Positions 13,801-25,132 of a DNA stretch of 64,000 nt are shown one piece after another. Numbering within the stretch: the first letter of the stretch is position 1; each line of letters begins with the position of its first letter. The notes beneath the pieces are model-generated. The model did not search any database, had not been told where the DNA came from, and worked only from the letters and a program-made list of their open reading frames with translations. Origin of the DNA: Klebsormidium nitens (taxonomy: Eukaryota; Plantae; Klebsormidiophyceae); assembly GCA_000708835.1 (NCBI GenBank), contig DF236988.1, positions 124,001 through 188,000 on the forward strand. The letters are read 5' to 3'. The translations under genes were made by a program, and so were the position numbers.

Positions 13801-14925
13801 GAAGAGTGCAAAGGAGACGGCGGAATCAGACTCAAAGCTGGGGCACTGCTGATAGATGTCATCGCGCAGAGTGTTGAGGAGGGCCCTCCGCACCAGGTGG
13901 AAAGCGCCAATCCCACCATTGTGCATCCACAGGTACCGCCCGCACACGAATGGCTGCAAGCAGTCACATATGCTGGAGTTCTAACCAGCTGCTGGAGTTC
14001 TGACCAGACACAGCTCTTATCTCTGTCTTGCAATTGAACTCACCAGCTCGCACAAGTCAGTATCTGCTCAGCATTTTGATAGGACCAACATCTTGAGCTG
14101 CTCGCTTATCACATCGTGCTTAGAAGATGCGTGCACTCAAGCAATGGCCGAGCCAGCACATGCTGCTGCGCTCTGCTCCTTTGCGGCAATCTATATGTGT
14201 TTCATCATGACCTTGCAAGATGACTGCTGACTTCTCACCTGGCAATTGGAGTCACTGACAGGGATGCCAGGATACGCTGCCCTCACGTGTGCGAAAATAA
14301 GAGGCGACACTACTTTTGAGGCCAGCCTTTCCAGGTTCCTATTGTTCCAAGCAGGCTGGGTGCTCGAGAAGACGCACGGGGTGGGGTCATCCATCCCAGC
14401 CGTTTCTGAAGAGTACCAGCCAATTCCAAATCCATCACCTGGAGTTAGAGGTGCAAAATGTTTAGATAGAACGTGAATAGGCTTGCAGCCGCTATTTGAT
14501 CGATTACTTTGGTGTAAAGAAGGGTAGCTCGCACATAAAGTAGTCAAATCAAGACGACAGCGCAAGAATAAAAGAATGACCTATTTCAAAAGAAAGCGGT
14601 AACTTGGTCTTCCAAGCGCTAGACCACTTGAGCACAAAGCAAGATATTGCGGCAAAAGAATCAGCGAAAGATAGAAACTCCCTTGCCCAGCTGTACGGGA
14701 AGACAACTTTTTAGCTGCCAACCAGAGAGCACAGCCGCTGCAGCCGCGTACAAGCGGGTTTGTGTGAAAGGAGGGAGGCACAAAGACAAACCCACCGTTT
14801 AGGTAACCGTGTCCAGTCAACCGCTCCTTTGCATCATACGACTGCCGCGTCAGAGACCTTGAGGGCTTGGTTACCAAATCTGCTATCTTCTGATCTGTCC
14901 CCAGATAGACCATCAAACGGCACAT
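4848..14925 (-). CDS. DUG3-DUG2: Fusion protein, 1347 aa: class-II glutamine amidotransferase (Dug3-like) + WD40 repeats + M20A peptidase-like domain (Dug2-like)
   Basis: 15 exons: 14925-14796, 14438-14239, 13953-13792, 13218-12883, 12375-12078, 11725-10713, 10284-9989, 9615-9426, 9115-8888, 8330-8085, 7687-7605, 7094-6830, 6422-6279, 5931-5605, 4973-4848. Total 4044 nt with all phases matching. GATase motifs: MCRL (Cys2 nucleophile), NGDGFGIGWY, PAWNNRNL, FAHVRAA, NCQPF, WMHNGG, ASEPL. WD40 motifs: GH...WD. M20 motifs: GHYDV, GRGVSDCKGP, YGMRG, LHSG, REGGTMP. Confidence 0.88.
8289..8489 (-). repeat. Intronic duplicate of the acceptor and first 42 nt of exon 10 of the DUG fusion gene
   Basis: ttttccag|GATCCTGATGCCGTGATGGTGACCGTCAGCGGCCACTACAAC then TAA (8486-8442), versus the real exon start GATCCTAATGCGGTGACGGTGACCATCAGCGGCCACTACGAC (8330-8289); 37 of 42 positions identical. 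Confidence 0.85.
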
Positions 14926-16266
14926 GGTTGCTGCTTTGCCCCTGGGCCCACTGAGCTCGACCCACCAATGGATGCTGTTGCCTGATCCACCTCCTCACTT
15001 CTGCCCCAATACACACGATATCTCGTCAAGCTTTAGTTTTCTTGTCCAGAGCTCTGTCCCTGGGGCTCACACCCAGGACATCTAATGGTGTGATTGTGCA
15101 ATAGAAACCCTCAGCAGGTTTGAGTGCCACGCGTGCTTTATTTGGAAGAGATCACGCCAACGAAGGCGAAAGATCTTCGGGCAAAATCACTATGTCATCC
15201 ACGGATCTGGCGAATTGCACTAGCCTACTGTCCAAGGTGCATCATGCGACTTTCTAGAAACCAAAAAATGGTCAATGCTCTCTTGTTCGCATCCAGATCC
15301 ATCAATGCTCAGCTCTTTTCAAGACAGCAAGAGATTGAGAAAAGAGTCCTGAAGGGGCCGCCATCACCATGATTCAACCTTCAATGGATTGTATCAGAAC
15401 TGAGCGGTCTAAAACCAGGGAGGATGGACCAGTAACCAGGTAGCCAGGGCCCAGACTACCTACCTAGCTCAGACTCAAATATGAACTTGTGAAGTTGAAG
15501 TCAGAGCAGCCATTTGCAGCTGCTATCTCAGCCTATACAGCTGGCTACGTTCAGCCGGCGGAGTACGGTAGTAAGTACGGTACGGTACCGCACATCATGG
15601 ACTTGGACGACCGTGCGGCGTGATCTGCCCTGCGCCCGGGCGTTGTGTCCGCCGCAGGGCGCCGTGTAGTGACCGGTCATAGGTAGGTTCAATAAAATGG
15701 CCTTGCTTCCAGTGACGTCGGTCGGTGGCCGGCCTTGTCAGACCCGAAGGCTGACTTGCAGCTACCGGTAGGGGCCATTTTCTGGCCCCTACCGTTTGTT
15801 AAAGTTTGACCGCCAGCGGGTGACGGGGCTACGCCCGGGCACCGCGGTCGCTACCGTTACCTAGAACTGGCTCGTCTGAGCATTCACTGTACCTGGTACC
15901 AGGTACCGGGTACCGTGACTGTGTCCCGGCACAGAATAACGGCCGCGGCTATACGACCAGTTCTCAGCCTCCCACTTTTCGGCCACGTCACCATCGCGCG
16001 CAGGGGAGTTCCCGGTCCATGTTCTAGCATGGCCATATGTGGCAGTGCTTATGTATACATCGCCATTCTAGTTCCAGCTTCCTTCACAACATGGGCCAGC
16101 GCTGTCAACGTGTAGAGTCAATTAGAGCTGCGTCCTCGCGAGAATGCGAGCTTTGCCGCTTTAGGTTCGGGCTACGGTATGTCGCCAACAGTTTAGACCT
16201 TTGAGGTACTGAGGAGTTTCAGCACCCTTCAATCGTTGTATCAATTGTTGACCATCATCTGTTGGG

Positions 16267-19200
16267 ATGGCCAAACCCGGCACGGCCAGCTCAGACGAGC
16301 GGGGCATGACCAAGAAGCAGCTGAAGCGGCTCGAAAGAAAGCGGAAAAAGTCTCTGGCAGAGGCGGGCCTTCTGCCAGGATCTTTCTCTGGCAATCTTGC
16401 TGCAGCATTGGACACCAAGGATGCATATGACGGGGATCATGTTGATGACGAGGACCGTGGTGTCAATGCTGGAGAAGAACGAGCCAAGCCTGCGGATCTT
16501 GACGCCGGAGAAGTGGCGCCTGGTGGTGGTATAAGCAGTGAGGAAGACGTGGATAAGGCGTCCGCAAGTTTCGATATAAGGAACTCGCTGGTGGGAAAGG
16601 TGGCGGAGGCCCTGTTGGCGAAGCAGTTGGAGGAGGAGAGGGCGGCTTTGCCTGCCAGTAAGAGGACCAGGCTTGGAAGCAAGGCTTTTGTGGAGGTGGT
16701 GCCCAGTGTGGGTGAGTCAGGAAATGTTAAGAAGGAGAAGAACAAGGAAGGGAAAGCGGGGAAGAAAGGAAAGAAAGAGAAGAAGGAGAAGAAGAAAGAG
16801 AAGAAGCGGAAGAAGAAGGAACGAGGAAGTCAGGAAGCGCCAGCCAATGCAGACTTGGACCACGCTGAGGTGCCGGAGTCAGCCACGAGGAAACGTCAGC
16901 GGGGGGTGGAAGCATCACAGCAGAAATTCAAGACTCCTGTTGACAATGCAGAGGGTCGGCAGACGCGGGCATCAAAGAAGCGGAAGGGCGAAGAGAAGGA
17001 AGAGAAGCAGAAGACAAAGCTGCCGAAGAAAGAGCAACCATCCCCCTGGCCTGATATCAAGTATGAGGCGTCGAGCGCGCGAGCGGTGCTTCGGCAGGGG
17101 CAAAGTGTGATGATTGATGGAGCGGCAAACGTTACTCTGATCGCAGGGGGGGCGTCTGTGATGGGGTACCGATTGAGAAGAGAAGAGGAGGTGCTAGTGA
17201 CGTCGTGCGGGCAATTGGCACCGGTTTCGATCATCGTCCATAACGGCGCAAGGGGGAGGAACGATCTTGGAGTAAAGGAACATGAGAACCGTGGTCTGAC
17301 AGGGGGGGAAGATGGGGAGACGAGCAGGGGAGAGGAAGCGGTGATGATGTTCAGCTCCTGCTGGTTGAGAACGAGCGAAGGGGCGGGCAGCTCAGGGGGG
17401 CGAAGGACGTTCAGACTGGTGAGCTAAGCTGTACTTCAAAAGAAAACATAAAAACTATATTCAAAGGTCAAACGCAGTACTCAAAATCTACCGAATAAAT
17501 GTAATATCAGGCAGCATACACAAGAACTTTGAGGAGGACAAGCATCCGAATCTGAGGTCAATGCAAGCAAGTCAGTGTGGAGCAATTACTGCTCCAAGAC
17601 TAGATCTAAATCGAAGTAAGATTTGATCCGTTTGTGTCTAGATGTGTGTGTTGAACAGAGACTCAGGAGTTGGCTCGCGAGTAGATCGGTCATTTGCCTC
17701 CCTTTCTTTCCGCCTCTTTGATAGTGTACAACAGCAAGCCCCGTTTGTAGCCAAACAAGCTGCTGAGAAGGGGGTTCTTTGCACGATGGAAAAGTCTCAT
17801 GCACCAATTTGCGATGCGTCTTCGCTTTCTGGCCCCATCATTTTCCATGAAGTCTGGAACAGTACCCCGAGTCTACTGCTTTTTTCCCCCTCTGATTTTT
17901 CTTGACAAGTCTTGCATTCTGCAGGAGCCAAAGGCGCCAGGTGCCTCTCGGTCATTTCCGCAAGCACCCGTATCCGAATCCAGAAACAAAGGGAACGAGA
18001 TCCAGCTTCAGCCGACCATCATCCCCCTCGCTTGGAAAACAGTGACTGACTCCGTTCTGAACGGAGCCAGCACAGCAACTAGAGCGGCAACAGATATTGC
18101 AGCAAAAGACCGATCAGACGGTTTGGGGGGCACAGGGCTGAGTGCATCGGACGGGGCAGCGGAAGCGGGAGTGAGCGGGAGGCCCCCAATTGTGGTGATC
18201 TGTGGAGGAAAGAACGTCGGCAAGTCGACGTACGGGCGGTACCTGGTCAACCGCCTCCTTGACCGGTGCGTGTGATGTTCTGTTTATCGATTTTCCGTGT
18301 GCCTCTACAATGAATCTCCCGCAGTCCTGTATGCTCGTTCTTACTCCTTTACACATCTGAAGGAAGCCAACGTCCGTGGTTCCAGGCTGTCCAGGGAGTG
18401 GACCAAGTTTTCCTATCCCTTCCAAATACGATTATCACCGGTTTGAAGTGTGGAAAACTGTCAAACGTTCTGACAAATGGGAGCCGCAACCTTTCTCGCC
18501 CCAGGCTTTCTTAATGTATGTGAGCCTATGCTTTCGTAGGAATAACGTCAGGTAGCATAACGCTAAGTAACACAGGGTCATGGACCGTGGAGCGGGTGGG
18601 GTTAAGAAGGAAATTCAGGGCGGTTAGGGAGCGGAGCACATCAATTTGTCGTTTGTCCTACCCACGGGGACTGTAGCTATCCTACCTAGGAGGTGTGCTA
18701 CCTAAAGTAAAGGTTATGAATGTCAAAACGTGGCAGTCTACGACCTGAATTAGATTTATCTCCGATCTAGTCATTGTCAATTCAGTGACCAGTAAGCTTT
18801 TCGGACCCTTACCAGAAACTCTGCGTTCGCACCCGCACCCGCACCCACCTCAACGCCCTAACTAACCCCATCCGTCCCTATGGATGTTCACTAGATTGAT
18901 CGGAGTCGAAATCTCTGGATTGTGAACGTAGGTCGATTGCTCCTTGCAGGTACTCAGCAGTGTCCTACTTGGAGACTGACGTCGGCCAGCCAGAGTTCAC
19001 CGCCCCGGGCCTCCTCTCCCTGCACCTGCTGACGTCACCCGTCTTCGGACCGCCCAGCACCCATATGCGAGACCCCAAAACGTTAGTGGCTTTCAACTGT
19101 GTGCCTGCTCGGACACTCCGTTGACCTGCAAAGTCAGGCGATTGCAGCCAATTTCTTTGCCTGGCGATGGATTGTGTATCCTCGAGTCTGACGTGCTCTG

Positions 19201-21866
19201 GAAATTGTAGCCGCTCCTGAGAGCAGCTGATTTTGTTGGCTTCAAGAATCGTGACTCGTTTGCCCAATGTTTCAAGGGTGCCAGTTCCTGATAGCGAATG
19301 CCGCTCGGGACGCCGTCAATAATCTCATCTCGACCGCACCTTACCGAGACGCTACTGGGTGGTATTTTCGCCGCAAAACTCCGCGCTTTCCAACATTCAG
19401 ATGTAGCGTACTTGACATAAAAGTCGCCGACCACGGTCGGGTCCCTTCACTGGCCAGATTTGTCCATAGTTGGTTCCGCTGGTCAGATGCCTTCAGGAGT
19501 TCGGCGTCTATTGAACTTGCTTGAGTCCCTGGCGACCCATCACTGGTCCAAGTACATGCAATACGCTCTTGGCCCGTTGAACTCAGTTGTGCACAATCGT
19601 CTCCTTCCTGATCCAAGTGATCATTTGGACCCCTCTCTTTGGTTCAAACGATATAGCATTTTCTCGAAACGAACTTGAGGCGGGTCCTTGTAGCAGCCTC
19701 TCGGCCTGGACACAACTGTAGGACGCATTTCAGCCCCCCCTCCGTTTCCATTTACTTTTCGTTGACGCGCCGAAGCCGTACCTCCGTCGAGCAGGTCTTT
19801 CTTTTATGGCGACGTCTCTGCCAAAACCGACCCGGAGCTGTACCTGCGGTGCGTGGTGGCGCTGTACGACGAGTTCCGGCGGAACCACTACGACGGGGCG
19901 GCCGAGGGGAAGCAGGTAAGGCGGACAGGATGGGTTCCATTTGGACGCTAGGTCTTGTTCCCTTGTAGGATTTGTAGAAAGGACCTGTGTCGAAAACGAA
20001 CATCTAACCCTTGAATAACGTGCACGGCTGCTTTAGGATCAACCAGATCAGTCCGTTAGCAATAAGTGAGCTCAAAGGCAGACGTCATCTTTCGTTAACC
20101 CCGCAGCTTCCGCTGGTGGTTAACACGCACGGCTGGGTTAAGGGCCTGGGCCTGGACGTTCTGATCGACATCCTGCGCTACACCGTCCCGACCCACGTGG
20201 TCGACGTGCAGTCCGCCAAGGCCAACAAGAACCTGCCACCTGGCAACTTCTGGGAGACTACAATAGAGCCCCTCTCGCGCGTGCATTACATCCCGACCGC
20301 TGTTCCCGACCAAGTGGATGCCAGGTACGCCAACAGGTTGGAATGGCTTTCCCCCTTGGCTGCGAGCCCAGTTTTTGCGCGTTCAATTTACCTCGCAGGA
20401 CAATAAGCCTTTGTTTTGTGACATGTTCTCGTTGGGCGCCACGTGTTCGGCCGAGTTCGCGCCACGTGCAACGAACAATTTCTCGCGTCCTAGGCCATAG
20501 CTTGATGAGAGCGGAAAGTCTGCCACACCTACTCTGGAGACAAACGCCCATTAGACTGCTTAAACAAAGGCTGCGACAGAATCGGTGGAGTGTCCCGGTA
20601 CGACAAGCAGTGTCCGCGTGTCTCTATCTGTTCATCAGAGGAAGGGCCGTTACGATGAAAGCTGACTGAGCGCGCTTTGATCAGCGCCACTCATACGAAG
20701 GATTCTGTGCCCTGAGCCTCAACCGCCGAGCCCCTTTCTTCGATTGCATTCGTTTCTGTTTTCGCATCCAACCTTCCTGGGTTCCTGAGTGTACTTGACT
20801 TGCCACTCCAGAAGGGTTATTCAAGAAAGCACTCCCGAAAACTCGATTTACAGTCTCGCCCCGCAAGCTCGGCGGTAATGCAGCATTCGTTCAAAAGGTT
20901 GCGTTGTGTGATCTGTATCTCCATGGCGACCAGATAGCCTGTATGTCACTTCTGTGAGTCGCTAAACACGGTGCTATGCAATCGAATTCTTGGCAACACG
21001 AGGGCAGAATATGCTGCGAAGGGGCCGCTACGGAACCACGTGCCCGGTTAACACCCTTCGAACCCCGCCCGTGCAGCACCCCCTTCGCGCACAAGTTCGC
21101 CCCTGAGGAGCGCGCTCTCCGCCTGCTCGCGCACTTCCAAACGGCGACCGCATCTGGCGCGCCCCCCGGCCTCGCCTTCAACGAGAACGACGCCTACTCC
21201 GCGCTCGCCACGTGTCTCGTCCACCACCGTCCGTTCCAGGTCCGGCTGGACGCCGTCCAAATCTACCACCTGCACGGGTACGTTCCGCCGGAAGAGGCCC
21301 TGTGGGCGCTCAACGGGGCTGTCGTGGGGCTAGCGAAAGCGGGCGCGGAGCCCGAAACGGGGCCCATGCCGCGGTGCCTTGGAATTGGTGAGGCTGCCAG
21401 TGTCGCTGTATTTTCCTTTTCATTTGTGATCAGGCCAGTGTCGAGTAGCGCTCCTCGATTTGCTCCAGCTTTTCCTGCTTTTAGTGATTTGGTGCAGTGA
21501 TGGCTTGTGGTAAAATCTGCTCGTAGACATCGCTCGACACCAGGACGGCATCGGTATCGAAGTCTGGTTGACTGCAAAGGCGGAGCGGACACGTCGACAG
21601 CCTCATCATTGGCGTTCCGTCCTACAGGGCTGGTCCGCGGAATCGACCCCGCCCGGGGCGTCCTCTTCCTGGTCACGTCCCTGCCGCTCGCGGAGCTGCA
21701 GGGTGTGAATACGCTCATCCAGGGAAAAGTTGATTTGCCTCTCCAGCTTCTAAGCGCGCCTCCTTTTGTGTCCCCTTACCTGGCGTTTAATTCGATCGCG
21801 GCGGAGGGCACCGGCTCGGCCATGGTGAAGAGCCGGAACAATATCATTCGGAAGGTCGGGGATTAG
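16267..21866 (+). CDS. NOL9: Polynucleotide 5'-hydroxyl kinase NOL9/GRC3 (Clp1-type P-loop), about 837 aa, with Lys/Glu-rich N-terminus
   Basis: Phase-consistent exons 16267-17418, 17925-18265, 18950-19081, 19795-19915, 20107-20324, 21077-21387, 21628-21866. Motifs: ICGGKNVGKST (P-loop), YLETDVGQPEFTAPG, LPLVVNTHGWVKGLG, ALNGAVVGL, CLGIGLVRGID, C-terminal MVKSRNNIIRK. Confidence 0.9.
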
Positions 21867-22813
21867 GCCTTCGTAGTCGTCTCGTTGGAGTCAGGTTGGT
21901 TGGTTGCTCGCTTGAATCTTCATTCAAGTTATGATAAACCGTGGCGTGCTCGTATAAGCAGGCCTACAAGCCCTTCTGAGCAGCCCTTTAGCACACGTCA
22001 GGATGACTGGTTGCTCCGATTGAACATGGTGTATACTTTTACGAGCACTGAGCAGCACATGGCCATGGTTTGGACAAAAATGAATGTACGTACGGGCAAA
22101 TTCGATTCGATTGACGTGCTTAGGGCAGTGCGGCCGGGATAATCCAGTGTAAGCCCGCTTCTATAAGCTCCCAATTCTATATGGCAATGTGCACGCCGAG
22201 TTCCATCATGTCTGATGGCGGACTCACATGTGCGCCAGCGGCTGTACATGTTTGCATGGATTAATCGCATGCAATTGCGTTGCAGGACAGCGTTGCACCT
22301 TGTGCAGTCGGACCGCAGGTCTCGAACATGTGCAATTGCAGGCTCGAATTTCGGATATCTGCGTTAGATGACTGTCTACATACAGGCGCCGCTGCGGCCA
22401 TCATGCATGCAAGGACGTCGAACTGCATCATAAATAAACTCATGGTCCTGATATTCTGCCACATAATATCGCGCAATGTTGCCAACTAGACTCACTGATG
22501 CCAGGCCGTCCGCCCACATCTGCTTACACATCTCTGCTAGACAGAAGCGCCCGCCCCATTAGAAAGGCAGCCATGCCTGCTCTATGCACATCATTGTCGG
22601 CATCTCTTCATTCACCATGCACGGCCCGGCAAGTTGGAACAAGTTGTTCCAAAGACACAAAACTTCCCTAAACAGACACTGTCTAGACTGCTTCCATAAT
22701 CAGCAGGCTCATAGCAGAACGGCCGTTCAGCCTTGCCTTGTCAGCACGCTCGCAGCAGATCAGCCACTCTCAACCTCCCGTTATTCAAAGCAAGCAATTC
22801 TTGAAAGTCGCAG

Positions 22814-23756
22814 TCAGAGAGGTAATGTTCTGGTTGACCCGGGGCCTGACTGCGATCGGCTCCTGATCGGGATGTCCCGTAGCTCCCGCCGCATGCAGAG
22901 CCACTCTCCTAAGACCGACATGACGACCACCGACAGACCCGACACAATCCACCACGCAAAACTGGCGGGGACACCCGCGTAAGCGATGCACAAGAGAAGG
23001 TGAACCAAAAAGAGAGTGGCGCTGAAGTCGAGGCACTTCTTGGCGCGCTCCACAAGGAAGAGCAAGAACCCGGCCCTGCAGAGTCATGGAGTGGGAGATG
23101 TTATGAGCGTTGGTCGGAAGGGTGCTGGAAGTGCAATCTACAACTGTGCTTGGCCGTCTCAGGGACTTCTGCTGAGTCTGCAATAGTGTTCCTGTTTCTG
23201 TTCCTGTTCAGACTGCAGTGAGCATGCTTATATCCCGCCAGAAAGGCTATGCGAAATTGCGATGCTGGACACCAGCTACAAGACACACAGCATGGCATGC
23301 AATCAAAACGCTGACACGCAACAGCAGAGAGCCATCAGCACGGGGTTAGTAAACAAAAACTGCTAGTGTGGGATTCACAACATCCCGTACATTGCAATTG
23401 AAGTCTACCGTCACGGAGGACACTGCTTAGTTTGCAAGGAACACTTTGCAGATGAGTCATGGATATGCGCAGCTGCAGGAGAGCTTTCAACCACCGTCCA
23501 CACTATGGCCCGGAACACAGATAGAGACTCACCCAACAAATGCGTTGCAGAGAAACGCGAGCATCGTGAGCCACCCCTTGACAGTGCGCACAGTCATGTA
23601 GCGCCAGTCGAAGAAGTGGTGCAGGCTGAACGCCAGCTCGTGGGAGCCAACAAACACCCACAGTAGGCCCCCCAGGCTCAGGTAGAACAGGCACTGGAGC
23701 ACCAGAATCTGCGCCAGGATCAGCCAGGGATCCCAGACCATCGCCCCGTAGAACAT
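22814..23756 (-). CDS. SYS1: Golgi integral membrane protein SYS1, 161 aa
   Basis: Exons 23756-23533 and 23075-22814: MFYGAMVWDPWLILAQI...LVERAKKCLDFSATL...GEWLCMRRELRDIP, the typical SYS1 motifs. Confidence 0.9.
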
Positions 23757-25132
23757 GGCGTTGAACCGCTTGGTGATCACGCCCTTGAGGCTCTCCCCGA
23801 CACCCACCGCCCAGCCTCCCGGCCTTGCGGGCCTCTTCCAGGCCCTGTTTTCGGCCGCCAGCGGGCCTCCCGCGTGGGAGCCAAGGGGAGGGGGGGAGTC
23901 CACCCTGCTGGAGGCTTTTGAAAGAACTAGAATGGGGACGGAGCGCGAGCGGACGCTGGGCGTGTCCTCAGCGGCAGCCACGGTTTCTGGAGGAGGAGCT
24001 AATGCAGCCAGTGCCAGGGTTTATCAACTTACAAGGCGGCAGCATTTGCGAGAATCAAGTGTTTTGATGCGTAATGCATGCCAGAGGGGCGCCCGAGTAT
24101 GGGGTCCCTCTAGAGTCTGCTGAGTTTGCAGATTGCTAGAGTGCGGAGCTGAATGTACTTGCAGATGAAGTTCTGACTACCAGACCGACTGTAGGATGTT
24201 GGAAATGTCAGACGAATCTCCCTAATTGGTCTCCTCGAAAGGAGCTGCAAGGGCCCGTTCAAAACATTGCTCAGCAATCTGGTCCAAAGGGTTGTTAATA
24301 CATGTGCCTGGCTGATGTCGAGCTCCACAAGCAGTGCTTTGATATACAGGGTAGTGGCCAAAACAAAATGGGAAAGAGATGCCCCGTTGCTCAGGACTCC
24401 AGATAAGCTGACAGGATAATTTGCTAGTCTGCGCTCCCAGGAATTGCTGGACTTTGATCAGAATGAAGTTAGACCACGAAACGTTCTTAAAGCACCCGAT
24501 GGGGACTGTTGCAGGATCCCTCCCTCTTGACTAGATCCGTCGCGCTCGCTCAACACAGCTGTCAGCAAGCTTCATCTACAGACTGCTGTTTCTCCTCAGA
24601 TTCCCAGAATTGTTTCAACTGTTGAACACGAGCACGAGCGCGCTCATTTGTTCCGTCACGTCCCTTCGCATGGGCCTCCGCTTCTCCTCTTCTGCTCAGA
24701 CTGCTGGCCCGTTTCGATCAGAGCTCAATTGCAACGTCTAGATTTGGAGAATTTAGTTCTCGACTCTGCTCGGTGTTCCGCCATCGATATACTGGTCGCT
24801 CAGTATTGCCAACAAGCTGGTTGGTAAACTGCCTCGGGAACTCTGGAGTGAACTTCTCATCAGGTAATTACATACCCCTGGGCTTTTGCACCGGGTTGCA
24901 TGAGAGCAAGTTAGATTCGACATCGAGGCCGACGGATAAGTTACATTTATTATGATATGTAAATGACGCTGGTGGCATTGCAAACGACTGGACGCATGAC
25001 TGGCGTTGGTAGCATTGTGGCATTGCAAGCACCTGAGGAGGTCCCAGCTTTGAACTTCTTCTCTGCTAGAAGACGCCATTGGATCCTCCTTGCCTTGAAA
25101 GCTGCAAAGGAACTCTGCGTGAGGCAGTTTCT

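Noticed and set aside
17642-17905. Possible additional NOL9 exon
   Set aside because: No acceptor is phase-compatible with the 17418 donor, and direct splicing to 17925 is in frame.
23757-23981. 75-codon in-frame extension upstream of SYS1
   Set aside because: It starts at GTG, not ATG, and I found no phase-compatible upstream exon; probably 5' UTR.
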